Below the pieces are notes generated by a model. That model searched no databases. It saw only the letters and a program-made list of their open reading frames with translations, and was not told where the DNA came from. A program made the translations under genes and the position numbers. From NCBI GenBank assembly GCA_944390005.1, contig CALXOJ010000006.1, positions 4,152-68,151 of the forward strand: DNA of 64,000 nucleotides, written 5' to 3'. The stretch comes from an uncultured Spirochaetota bacterium (GTDB taxonomy: Bacteria; Spirochaetota; Spirochaetia; JAFGXN01). Below, one piece after another: positions 20,089 to 29,413 of this stretch. Each line of letters starts with the position of its first letter. The first letter of the stretch is position 1.

Positions 20089-21333
20089 TCAGAAACTCAA
20101 GGTCGCGAAATAATCGTCCATCGTTTCTGCCCGCCGAATTTTTTGAAAACGCTCTCCGCCTTCCCATAAAAATTCGGCACAGCGCAGCTTAGCGTTGTAA
20201 TTGAACCCCATGGCATGACCGTGAGCGCCGCCGTCGTGAATCACAACAATATCGCCGATTTCCGGTTCCGGCAGTTTGCGGTCGATGGCAAATTTGTCGT
20301 TGTTTTCGCAGAGCGAACCGGTCACATCGCATACGTAATCGGCGGGTGCATTTTCTTTCCCCAAAATCGTGATGTGGTGGTAAGCTCCGTAAAGCGCCGG
20401 TCTCATCAGATTTGCCATGCAAGCATCAAGACCGACGTAATTTTTATATGTCGTTTTTTTGTGAAGGACTTTGGAAACCAAATAACCGAACGGTCCCGTC
20501 ACCATGCGTCCGCACTCCATGACGATTTTCGGCTGTTTCAGTCCTTTTTGAATAATCAGTTCGTCGTAAAGTTTTTGAATGCCGGAAGCGACGCGGTTTA
20601 AATCGACCGCATTCTGTTCGGGTTTATACGGAATGCCGATGCCGCCGCCGAGGTTGATGAAATCGATTTCAACGCCCGTTTCCGTTTTAATTTCGGCAAG
20701 CAGTTCAAACAAAATGCGCGCCGTTTCAACAAAATAATCGGGATTGAGTTCGTTGCTGGCGACCATTGTGTGAAGTCCGAAGCGTTTAACGCCTTCAGCT
20801 TTCATTCGGCGGTAACCTTCTTTCAGCTGTTCCCGTGTCAAACCGTACTTGGCTTCTTCCGGTTTGCCGATGAGGGCGTTTCCCTGTTTCAGCGGGCCCG
20901 GATTGTAGCGGAAACAAATCGTTTGAGGAATGCCTGCCGCGTTTTTCAGAGTTTCAATGTGAGTGATGTCGTCAAGATTGATGACAGCGCCCAGCTCTTT
21001 TGCACGGACAAATTCCTGTGCAGGCGTATCGTTTGAAGTAAACATAATGTCTTCACCGGAGAGACCGACGCGGTGAGCCAGTTCCAGTTCCGGCAGAGAC
21101 GAACAGTCGGCGCCCATGCCTTCCGCTTTTAGAATTTCCAAAATTCGCGGGTTGGGAAGCGCTTTTACGGCAAAATAGTTTTTAAAACCGCCCGGTAAAA
21201 TCGAAAACGCTTTTAAAAATGCGCGTACGTTTTCAACAATCGCATTTTTATCGTAAACATAAAACGGGGTGGGGTTTTCTTTTTCAATCGCTTTAATCAA
21301 ATCTGCGGTAAACGGCACATTTTTTTCGGTCAT
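20089..21333 (-). CDS. lysA: Diaminopimelate decarboxylase
   Basis: A PLP fold-III decarboxylase with FYVYD, YAVKALPN and GMGADCSS blocks. The start was set at MTEKNV, which has a GAGGAG RBS. Confidence 0.75.
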   Translation of the reverse strand: MTEKNVPFTADLIKAIEKENPTPFYVYDKNAIVENVRAFLKAFSILPGGFKNYFAVKALPNPRILEILKAEGMGADCSSLPELELAHRVGLSGEDIMFTSNDTPAQEFVRAKELGAVINLDDITHIETLKNAAGIPQTICFRYNPGPLKQGNALIGKPEEAKYGLTREQLKEGYRRMKAEGVKRFGLHTMVASNELNPDYFVETARILFELLAEIKTETGVEIDFINLGGGIGIPYKPEQNAVDLNRVASGIQKLYDELIIQKGLKQPKIVMECGRMVTGPFGYLVSKVLHKKTTYKNYVGLDACMANLMRPALYGAYHHITILGKENAPADYVCDVTGSLCENNDKFAIDRKLPEPEIGDIVVIHDGGAHGHAMGFNYNAKLRCAEFLWEGGERFQKIRRAETMDDYFATLSF

Positions 21334-21383
21334 AACGGCTCCTCGCGTTATTTTATCATCGAACAATAGCAAAAATCAAGCGG

Positions 21384-22517
21384 TTACATTTCATTCAAAT
21401 AGCGTTCAGCCAAATAAAGATAGCGTTGGTGTGCGTAAGCGAAAAACTGTTTGTATGATTCGCAAAAACGGTTGTGGTTGTGCGTTTGCGGATCGCGAAT
21501 ACGGTCTTTGGGACAGCCGCCGTAACAGAGTTTGTACCATTCGCATTGAAGGCAGCGCGGTTTGTGTTTGTTCTTTTGCCGACCGAAGCGCTGCTGCTGC
21601 GGCGAATTGAGCATCGCAAACAAATCATTGCGGTGAAGATTTCCAAGAAACGTTTCGGCGGAGACCAAAAAATCGCAGCTGTAACAATCGCCGTTGTGTT
21701 CAACCACTAAATAATTCCCGCACTCTTTTTGAAGAATGCAATCGGGAATTTCCTTGCCGACATAACGGTGAAAAACCGAATCGATGAACCGCACGGATGT
21801 CGTCTGCTTCAAATTCTTTAAATCGATGTCGTCGTACCATAAATCGAAGACGCGGCAAAGAAAATTTCCGAATTCGTTCGGATCGGCAGAAAAGGGCGCT
21901 GCCTGTGACGGATTGCGTTTGTCGGTTTCGACAATCGGAATAAACTGCATATACGGAAATCCGAGATTTTTAAAATAGTTATAAAGCAAATCCGGCTGAG
22001 TGACGGAATGGTTGTTTACGGTGCAGAGAATGTTTGTTTCGACGCCGGCGTTTTTCAGCATAACAGCGGCATTTTCGACCGTTTCATGCGTCGGTCTGCC
22101 GTCAACGGCGGTGCGGTACGCATCGTGAATTTCTTTTGGGCCGTCAAGGGAGATTCCGACAAGAAAGTTTTCTTTGCGCAGAAAATCGGCCCACTCCGCG
22201 TTTAAAAGCGTTCCGTTGGTTTGCAGTGCATTCTGAAACGGTCGACCCTCAGCTTCTTGCTTTTGCCGTTCGACGATTTTCTTAAAAAACGGCAGTCCTG
22301 CCATTGTCGGTTCTCCGCCGTGCCAAATAAAAAGCGGCAACTCCGAATGGCGGAAAGTCTGACGAATTAATTCAGCCGCAGTCTCTTCCGGCATGACGGA
22401 AACCGTTCGTTCTTCGGGGTAGAGATTGTGTTTTTCCAAATAAAAGCAGTAGTCGCAGCGCAAATTGCAGAACGCGCCGACCGGCTTAACAATCAAGCTG
22501 TTCAGCGGCTTATACAT
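21384..22517 (-). CDS. Anaerobic sulfatase-maturating enzyme (radical SAM with SPASM domain)
   Basis: The CNLRCDYCFY CX3CX2C motif, a GGEP block, and a C-terminal SPASM cysteine cluster (CxxCxxxxxCxxxC). Confidence 0.75.
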   Translation of the reverse strand: MYKPLNSLIVKPVGAFCNLRCDYCFYLEKHNLYPEERTVSVMPEETAAELIRQTFRHSELPLFIWHGGEPTMAGLPFFKKIVERQKQEAEGRPFQNALQTNGTLLNAEWADFLRKENFLVGISLDGPKEIHDAYRTAVDGRPTHETVENAAVMLKNAGVETNILCTVNNHSVTQPDLLYNYFKNLGFPYMQFIPIVETDKRNPSQAAPFSADPNEFGNFLCRVFDLWYDDIDLKNLKQTTSVRFIDSVFHRYVGKEIPDCILQKECGNYLVVEHNGDCYSCDFLVSAETFLGNLHRNDLFAMLNSPQQQRFGRQKNKHKPRCLQCEWYKLCYGGCPKDRIRDPQTHNHNRFCESYKQFFAYAHQRYLYLAERYLNEM

Positions 22518-24318
22518 TTTTTCCTTCTTTTTTCAGCAAATTGAGAAAATTTTTGACCGGCATCGGTTTGTAAAAGTAAAATCCTTGCAAAGAGTCGCAT
22601 TCCGTCTGCATAATTTCGTTTAACTCTTCGACCGTTTCGATTCCTTCGACGCAAACTCGTTTTTTTGCTTCGTGACAGGCGTAAACAATCGTTTTCAGAA
22701 CATTTTTGTTGGACGGCGACGTCAGAGTTTTTTTCGTTAAGGATTTATCGATTTTCACAATATCGGCAGGACATTCAAAAAGAAAATTGAGAGATGAATA
22801 TCCGCTTCCCAAATCGTCAATGGCAAAACGTATTTCTTCTTTCCGGATTTTGTCGATGAATTGATACAGATTTTCATGCGACGTATCGGAAACGGTTTCC
22901 GTCAGTTCAAGAACTAAATTGCGGCCTAAAACGCCTTTTTTGTCCATGGTTTTTTTGATAAACAGAAAAAACGTCGATTTTAAAATTTGAAGATAGGAAA
23001 TATTGCAGGAAATCAGAATATCAGGAACGTAGCGGATCGCTTTTTTACACAGAGCGACGGTTTGTTCGAACACCCAATTTCCGATAGGGTGAATCAGGTG
23101 ATGAGCTTCCATTAGTGGAATAAATTCCGATGGTGCAATGACTTGTCCGTTTTGCTTCCATCGCAAAAGGACTTCGCCTCCCAAAACGGTCTTGTTTGCA
23201 GCGTTGACAATCGGCTGAACTTCGATAAAAAAATCTCTGAAACGGTTGGTAACGGATTGATTCAAACTCAGCAGCCGCTTTGCCCGCGTCTGTTTTTCCG
23301 TCAGCGCGTTTTCAGTGAAAACAATAAAGTCGTCCTGAGGGTGTCTTTTTGCCGAATTGATGAGGTTTCCCAGTGTCCGGATGATTTCACTGTCAATAAA
23401 AAAATCTTTTGGAATTTGCAGAAAACCGATCGAGCAGGGGTTTTTCATAAACAGGTGCTGCGACGCGTAAACGTCGGTAATCACCGTTTTAATGTGATTG
23501 GCAATTTTTGTCAGCGGAGTATTGTTCTGTTGGCGGGCGATGGCAACAAATTTGACGTTGTCAATTCGAAAGAAACTCAAAAACGATCTCTGTTCAGTCT
23601 GGAGAATTTGGAAAATTTTACGCAGTACCTGATTGGCGCGCGTTCTGCCGATGGTATCGTTAATAGAAGAAAAATCGTTCAGTCCGAAGGCGATAACCCA
23701 GCCGCCGACTTTTGCCAACTCTTTCAGACGGCTCACCATGGCGACGGAACGCAGAAGTCCTGTGACCGGATCAATATTGAGATCTTCTTGCAAATCGGAG
23801 ACAAGTCCGGCAAAAAAAACCGGTTCCTCGTCTTTCCATTTGATAACGCTTTGCCCGTGAACCCAGACAGCCTCTCCGCGGCTGTTTTTAACACGGTAGT
23901 TGATGCTGTGGTGTTGTTTTTTCAGTCTGAAAATTTCGTCGATGTCGTTGCAGTAATTTTCGCGATCCGCTTCGATAATTAAATTGCCCCATTTGGTCAG
24001 CCAGTCCTGAACAATATTTGATGGAAATGCAAAATCTTCTTTCATACGATCGGAAATGAAAAAAATATTTTCTTTCATGTCGCCGAAGTAGAGATAATAA
24101 CGCCTCTCTTGTCCCGCAATGGAGTTGAAAAGCGTCTCCGGATCAAAATAATGAGTGCTGATAAAATGGGAAAAAAGCGACAGTTCGCGGTCGTTTGGTT
24201 GTGCATTGCTGAGTTGTTCGCAGTCGTTTTCTTTCATTTGACTCTCTCTTGTTCGGCAAATTTTCCGAAATTCTTCTTCTATATATATCGGCAAATATTC
24301 TGTAAAATACTGTCTCAT
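22510..24318 (-). CDS. Cyclic-di-GMP phosphodiesterase: PAS, degenerate GGDEF, EAL
   Basis: C-terminal EAL blocks EVLLRWK, IAPSEFIPL, RFAIDDLGSGYSSL, KIDKSL and EGIETVEEL. Upstream is a GGDEF-like fold lacking the GG(D/E)EF motif. The start is uncertain (MRQYF at 24318 or MKEND at about 24237), and the ORF-track extension to 24624 is unlikely. Confidence 0.6.
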   Translation of the reverse strand: MRQYFTEYLPIYIEEEFRKICRTRESQMKENDCEQLSNAQPNDRELSLFSHFISTHYFDPETLFNSIAGQERRYYLYFGDMKENIFFISDRMKEDFAFPSNIVQDWLTKWGNLIIEADRENYCNDIDEIFRLKKQHHSINYRVKNSRGEAVWVHGQSVIKWKDEEPVFFAGLVSDLQEDLNIDPVTGLLRSVAMVSRLKELAKVGGWVIAFGLNDFSSINDTIGRTRANQVLRKIFQILQTEQRSFLSFFRIDNVKFVAIARQQNNTPLTKIANHIKTVITDVYASQHLFMKNPCSIGFLQIPKDFFIDSEIIRTLGNLINSAKRHPQDDFIVFTENALTEKQTRAKRLLSLNQSVTNRFRDFFIEVQPIVNAANKTVLGGEVLLRWKQNGQVIAPSEFIPLMEAHHLIHPIGNWVFEQTVALCKKAIRYVPDILISCNISYLQILKSTFFLFIKKTMDKKGVLGRNLVLELTETVSDTSHENLYQFIDKIRKEEIRFAIDDLGSGYSSLNFLFECPADIVKIDKSLTKKTLTSPSNKNVLKTIVYACHEAKKRVCVEGIETVEELNEIMQTECDSLQGFYFYKPMPVKNFLNLLKKEGKNV

Positions 24319-24356
24319 TTTTTTAAAATCGGTTATACTGAACGCGGGGAAGAACG

Positions 24357-24716
24357 ATGGAAAATACGGAAGAGAGTTTGATGTTTGAGCCGCGGTTTGA
24401 CGCAAACGGTTTGCTGCCGACGGTGGTGCAGGACGCTGAAACAGGAGAGGTGCTGATGCTCGCTTACATGAATCGCGAGTCGCTTGCGGAAACTCTCCAA
24501 CGGGGAGAAATGGTTTATTACAGCCGCAGCCGGCAAAAACTGTGGCACAAAGGCGAAACAAGCGGCTGTGTACAAAAAGTGGTTTCGCTGGCTGTTGACT
24601 GTGACCAAGATGCGCTTCTTGCAAAAGTGCGGCAATGCGGCGAAGGCGCTTGCCATACCGGGCGCAAAAGTTGTTTTTACCGTGCGTTAGAAGGCGGCTG
24701 TTTGCGGTTTTTGTGA
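24357..24716 (+). CDS. hisI: Phosphoribosyl-AMP cyclohydrolase
   Basis: A full-length HisI match (LLPTVVQDAETGEVLMLAYMNRESL, KGETSG, Cys-rich metal site CHTGRKSCFY). Confidence 0.75.
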   Translation: MENTEESLMFEPRFDANGLLPTVVQDAETGEVLMLAYMNRESLAETLQRGEMVYYSRSRQKLWHKGETSGCVQKVVSLAVDCDQDALLAKVRQCGEGACHTGRKSCFYRALEGGCLRFL

Positions 24717-25727
24717 TTACTGTTCCGGATCCAGAAGCGATTTAAAGTCTTCGCTCAATGCCATGCGAATTTCATCAAAAGAGATGAAAATCTCGTAAGT
24801 GCCGGCCGCATAAGCGTCCACCATGTACGGAGCAAAGGTAAAAACAAAGCCGTTTTCTTTAATTGAGAACGAAGGACTCAGTTCTCCCATTTCAAACGCA
24901 TTGACGCTGCCGTCCAAAACAAAAGTTGCCTTTTTTTCTTTTAATTTTTCTACCAAAAGGCGGTTCAGCAGGTTGAACCGTGCGCTGTTGAGCGACAGAA
25001 TGCTGCTTAATTCCAGACGGCGGAATTGATCGTCGCTGACGGCGTAGTTGAAGCTTTCATAAACATAGTTTCCGTGGGCGCCGCCGGTGTAAAAATAGCT
25101 TGAGTTCAAAATGGAAATAATTTTGGAACCGGCAAATTGAATTTCAAATGAATCGATGCGGTCGTATTTTAAAATTCCTTCCATGGCGCGTGTCATTTTT
25201 TGCGGATCGGAAAAGTGGTCGGTTAAAGCGGCGTTTGCTTTAAGAATTTCCCCTCGGATCGCTTCGTTCAGCGGCGCATATTTTGCCGGTAAAAAGTAAG
25301 GGTACTGGACGGAATAGGATAAATCGTTTTTCAAAACCGTCGTTTCATTCATATAAACCGCCAGAATTTCAAACAGCACGTTGAAATTTTTCCCTTTGTA
25401 GACAAGAGCACCGCGCAGTTGATTTTCTTCGAGGTTAAAACGGAGCTGCCCGTTCATTACGCCGGCGTCGTCGGTGATGCGCAGAAGAGCAGAGGCGGGC
25501 GCGTTTTCAGCGGACGGCGAAATTAAACCGGCGACGGAAAACATCGTTTCTTGTCGGAATCCGAGAACTCCTGAGACGGATAAGTCGGTAATCAGCATTT
25601 CAAGAAAAGCGGGGGTTTCGTCAATTTTCCCCATATAGTAAACACGGTAAGTCTGTGCGCTGTTTGATTGCGCAAAAACCGGAGAGAACGTCAAAACCAG
25701 AAAAAGCAACACAGTCAATTTTTTCAT
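24717..25727 (-). CDS. DUF3298/DUF4163 (RsiV-like) domain secreted protein
   Basis: A signal peptide and the YTGGAHGNY block typical of DUF3298. Confidence 0.5.
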   Translation of the reverse strand: MKKLTVLLFLVLTFSPVFAQSNSAQTYRVYYMGKIDETPAFLEMLITDLSVSGVLGFRQETMFSVAGLISPSAENAPASALLRITDDAGVMNGQLRFNLEENQLRGALVYKGKNFNVLFEILAVYMNETTVLKNDLSYSVQYPYFLPAKYAPLNEAIRGEILKANAALTDHFSDPQKMTRAMEGILKYDRIDSFEIQFAGSKIISILNSSYFYTGGAHGNYVYESFNYAVSDDQFRRLELSSILSLNSARFNLLNRLLVEKLKEKKATFVLDGSVNAFEMGELSPSFSIKENGFVFTFAPYMVDAYAAGTYEIFISFDEIRMALSEDFKSLLDPEQ

Positions 25728-25808
25728 TCAAAATTCCCGCTTCATCTTTATTATACAACGAAAAATGCAAATCGACAACAATAAAATCGTAAATTCCTCG
25801 GTGAAACC

Positions 25809-25837
25809 TTGAAAAACTCCCGAAAATTCTATATAAA
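25809..25837 (+). promoter_or_regulatory. Putative sigma70 promoter for the EF-G paralog (TTGAAA, 17-nt spacer, TATAAA)
   Basis: Hexamer match about 80 nt upstream of the ATG. The RBS is AAGGAGAAAAGG. Confidence 0.35.
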
Positions 25838-25915
25838 GTAAAAAAGAGAAATTTATTCAAATTTTACGGCGAACGGATTTTCGTTTTCGGTCCGACACTA
25901 AGGAGAAAAGGTAAT

Positions 25916-28003
25916 ATGGCATTTGATTTGTCAAAAATGAGAAACATCGGTATCAGTGCTCACATCGATTCAGGAAAGACGACCCTTTCTGAGCGTATTT
26001 TGTTTTATTGTAAGAAAATTCACGCCATTCACGAGGTTCGGGGAAAAGACGGTGTTGGTGCAACCATGGATTCCATGGAGTTGGAGAGAGAAAGAGGCAT
26101 CACCATTGCTTCGGCTGCCACGAATGTGACGTGGAAAGATACGTTTATCAATGTCATCGATACTCCGGGACACGTCGACTTTACGATTGAGGTTGAACGG
26201 TCGCTGCGTGTTTTAGACGGCGCTATTTTAGTTCTTTGTTCCGTCGGCGGCGTTCAGTCGCAGTCAATTACTGTTGACCGTCAAATGAAACGGTACAACG
26301 TTCCCCGTATTGCGTTTGTCAATAAATGTGACCGCACCGGCGCTAATCCGTTCCGCGTTACCGATCAGCTGCGGGAAAAGTTGAATCTGAACGCTGTGAT
26401 GATGCAAATTCCCATTGGTTTGGAAGATCGTTTGCAAGGTGTTGTTGACCTTGTGACGATGAAGGCGCTTTACTTTGAAGGCGACGGCGGCGAAGTTGTT
26501 CGCGAAGAGGAGATTCCCGAAGAACTGCGGGCCCAGGCGGAAGAACGCCGCGAAATGCTTTTGGATGCCGCTTCCATGTTCAGCGATGAATTGATGGAAG
26601 CCATGATGGAAGAGGCGGTCACCGATGAGCTGATTTATGCGGCTGTGCGCAAAGGAACTTTGTCGCTTCAAATGACGCCGGTATTCATGGGTTCGGCTTA
26701 CAAAAACAAAGGTATTCAGCCGCTGTTGGACGGCGTTCTGCGCTATCTGCCGGCGCCGAATGAAGTCGAAAACAAGGCGCTTGATCTTGACAATGATGAA
26801 AAAGAGGTGGTTCTGGTTTCGGATCCCTCCAAGCCGACGGTCGCGTTGGCGTTTAAACTGGAAGACGGACAGTTCGGGCAGCTGACATACATCCGCGTTT
26901 ATCAGGGGAATTTGAAAAAAGGCGACGAGCTGTACAATGTACGTACTCGCAAAAAGTTTAAAGTTGGTCGGTTGATTAAAATGCACGCCGATAGTATGGA
27001 AGATATCAGCGAAGCGCCGTGCGGAGATATTGCCGCGTTGTTCGGTATTGACTGCGCGTCGGGTGATACTTTCTGTAAACCCGGTTTGAATTATTCCATG
27101 ACGAGTATGTTTGTGCCTAATCCGGTCATTTCATTGGCGATTACTCCGGTCGACAAAAAAGCGGCTGACAACATGGCGAAGGCGCTTAACCGCTTTACAA
27201 AAGAAGACCCGACTTTCCGTACTTATGTCGATCCCGAATCAAACCAAACGATTATTCAAGGAATGGGTGAGCTCCATCTTGATGTTTACATTGAACGGAT
27301 GAAGCGGGAGTACAAAGCCGAAGTCGAAGTCGGACAACCGCAAGTCGCTTACCGTGAAGCGGTTTCCCAATCGGCTGACTTCAACTATACGCACAAAAAA
27401 CAGACCGGCGGTTCGGGACAATACGGACGTGTGGCCGGCAGCATGGAACCGCTTGAAGGACAAGATTTCGAATTTGTCAACCAAATCAAGGGAGGCGCGA
27501 TTCCGACAGAATACATTCCGGCTTGCGAAAAAGGTTTCCGCACGGCTCTGGAAAAAGGTACGTTGATCGGGTTCCCGATTGTCGGTGTCAAAATTACGAT
27601 CAACGACGGTCAGTATCACCCTGTCGACTCTTCCGATATGGCGTTCCAGCAAGCCGCTATCGGCGCTTTCCGCGAAGCTTATGCGAAAGCCAAACCGGTT
27701 ATTCTGGAGCCGATTATGAAGGTCGAAGTCGAAGGTCCTTCCGAATTCCAAGGAAACATCTTCGGAAGCATCAATCAACGCCGCGGTATGATTGTTTCTT
27801 CTGAGGAAGAGGGTACAGGATGCAAAATTGAAGCTGAAGTCCCGCTGTCGGAAATGTTCGGATATTCGACGGTGCTGCGTTCTTTGACGCAGGGCAAGGC
27901 CGAGTTTACAATGGAGTTTGCCAAATACGGACGCGTTCCGCAAAGCATCTCCGACGATTTGAAAGCTGCGTATCAGAAAAAATTAGCGGCTCAGAACAAA
28001 TAA
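25916..28003 (+). CDS. fusA: Elongation factor G paralog (EF-G2-like), monocistronic
   Basis: GTPase motifs [17 protein letters not shown] and NKCD, followed by EF-G domains II-V. It is not within an rpsL-rpsG-fusA-tuf context. Confidence 0.8.
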   Translation: MAFDLSKMRNIGISAHIDSGKTTLSERILFYCKKIHAIHEVRGKDGVGATMDSMELERERGITIASAATNVTWKDTFINVIDTPGHVDFTIEVERSLRVLDGAILVLCSVGGVQSQSITVDRQMKRYNVPRIAFVNKCDRTGANPFRVTDQLREKLNLNAVMMQIPIGLEDRLQGVVDLVTMKALYFEGDGGEVVREEEIPEELRAQAEERREMLLDAASMFSDELMEAMMEEAVTDELIYAAVRKGTLSLQMTPVFMGSAYKNKGIQPLLDGVLRYLPAPNEVENKALDLDNDEKEVVLVSDPSKPTVALAFKLEDGQFGQLTYIRVYQGNLKKGDELYNVRTRKKFKVGRLIKMHADSMEDISEAPCGDIAALFGIDCASGDTFCKPGLNYSMTSMFVPNPVISLAITPVDKKAADNMAKALNRFTKEDPTFRTYVDPESNQTIIQGMGELHLDVYIERMKREYKAEVEVGQPQVAYREAVSQSADFNYTHKKQTGGSGQYGRVAGSMEPLEGQDFEFVNQIKGGAIPTEYIPACEKGFRTALEKGTLIGFPIVGVKITINDGQYHPVDSSDMAFQQAAIGAFREAYAKAKPVILEPIMKVEVEGPSEFQGNIFGSINQRRGMIVSSEEEGTGCKIEAEVPLSEMFGYSTVLRSLTQGKAEFTMEFAKYGRVPQSISDDLKAAYQKKLAAQNK

Positions 28004-28027
28004 AATCTCAAATCTCTTTTGATTTCA

Positions 28028-28058
28028 GTCTCCGTCTCAAGGCGGAGACTTTTTTGTT
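28028..28058 (+). terminator. Rho-independent terminator after fusA
   Basis: AGTCTCCG-TCTCAAGG-CGGAGACT followed by TTTTTT. Confidence 0.65.
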
Positions 28059-28321
28059 ATTTAATCGGCATAAAATCAATCGTCGGTTTTCTGTTGATTT
28101 GCCGATAAAAGCAAAAGCAGGGCTATTTTTCACAGTTGGAGTTGACGGCGGCTGTTTGTAAACAACAGAAGCGCGAGGGATTGAAGCGGAAATGAGCTGC
28201 CGACGGAGAGGCGGCGCAGGGCAAAGCGGCAGCTTTGCTTTGGTAAAGGTGAAGGGAGGCCGCGAATTGCAGCGGAAAGCCCGGCGCCCCGCAGGGGCGC
28301 GCGCCCAAATAAAGAATCCAG

Positions 28322-29413
28322 TTAAAACGCTTTTGATGCGAGCAGTTGTTCGGCGGCGGTGCGGGCGCAGGCGTCGACGGTCAGTACTTCTTCAAGCGAA
28401 GCGGGAGCGGGCGGCAGCGGTTTATTGAGGACGGCTTCGGTGAGTCGGGCGATGGAGAGAAACGGCAGCCGGTGTCCGAGGAAGGCGGCAACGGCGATTT
28501 CGTTGGCGGCGTTGTAGGTTATGGCGGCAGAGAGACCGGATTCGGCGGCGCGGAATGCCAGCGGCAGCATCGGGTATTTGCGCGGGTCGGGGCGGGTAAA
28601 GGTCAGCGCCTCGGCAGTGAGGTCGGTGTCGGGAGACGGAGCTGCAGCTTTTTCGGGGTAGGTGAGGGCGTTTTGAATCGGAATGCGCATGTCAGGAGCT
28701 GAGATTTGAGCGGTAAAGGTTCCTTCAGCGGTTTGTATCAACGCGTGAATGCGGCTTTGCGGGTGAATGAGAACCTCGATTTCGTCGGGACGGCGGTCGA
28801 AGAGATAGACCGCTTCTATCACTTCCAATCCTTTGTTTGCCATGGTGGCGGAGTCGACAGTGATTTTGGGCCCCATTTTCCATGTCGGATGATGCAACGC
28901 CTGTTCGGGGGTAACGTGTGGCAGTTCTTCGAGAGGCGTGTCGCGGAAGGCGCCGCCCGATGCGGTAATGATCAGTTTGCGGATTTGATTCGGCGCGGCC
29001 GTGCGCTGCAGTTCGAAGAGAGCCGCATGTTCGGAGTCAACGGGAATGATTTCGGCTCCGCTGCGCGCTGCTTCGGCTTTCAGCAAGGCTCCTGCCATAA
29101 CGATGGTTTCTTTGTTGGCCAGCGCCAGCCGTTTGCCGCAGCGCACAGTTTCAAATGAAGGCAGCAGGCCGGCGGCTCCGGCGATGCCGTTGACGACGAT
29201 GTCGGCGTCACTTTCTCGAATTTCTTTCAGCATCGTTTCGGAGTCGGTGGTGAAGGTTCGGGCGTTGTATTGCCGGGCCAGTTGCTCCAATTCGGTTTTG
29301 CGGGTGAATGCGGTGATCAGGTCGGTCTGCCATCCGCCGCCGAGGTGCTCGATAACCGAAAGCGTATTGAGGCCGATGGTGCCGGTGGCGCCGAGGACGA
29401 TCACTTTTTTCAT
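28322..29413 (-). CDS. dxr: 1-deoxy-D-xylulose-5-phosphate reductoisomerase
   Basis: The N-terminal NADPH motif is KKVIVLGATGTIGLNTL, with Dxr catalytic blocks. Confidence 0.85.
   Translation of the reverse strand: MKKVIVLGATGTIGLNTLSVIEHLGGGWQTDLITAFTRKTELEQLARQYNARTFTTDSETMLKEIRESDADIVVNGIAGAAGLLPSFETVRCGKRLALANKETIVMAGALLKAEAARSGAEIIPVDSEHAALFELQRTAAPNQIRKLIITASGGAFRDTPLEELPHVTPEQALHHPTWKMGPKITVDSATMANKGLEVIEAVYLFDRRPDEIEVLIHPQSRIHALIQTAEGTFTAQISAPDMRIPIQNALTYPEKAAAPSPDTDLTAEALTFTRPDPRKYPMLPLAFRAAESGLSAAITYNAANEIAVAAFLGHRLPFLSIARLTEAVLNKPLPPAPASLEEVLTVDACARTAAEQLLASKAF

Noticed and set aside
23143-23982. A 279-aa plus-strand ORF
   Set aside because: It is antisense to the well-supported EAL/GGDEF-like coding region. 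It has low complexity and no motifs, so it is a shadow ORF.
28123-28310. RNase P-like (GGAAAGCCCGG) and GEMM-like (GCGCAGGGCAAAGC) sequence motifs in the GC-rich fusA/dxr spacer
   Set aside because: These are partial matches only. The region is far too short for RNase P RNA. The second conserved GEMM half (GACGCAAAGCC) is missing, and no gene lies downstream on either strand. It is kept only as a generic sRNA/remnant candidate.
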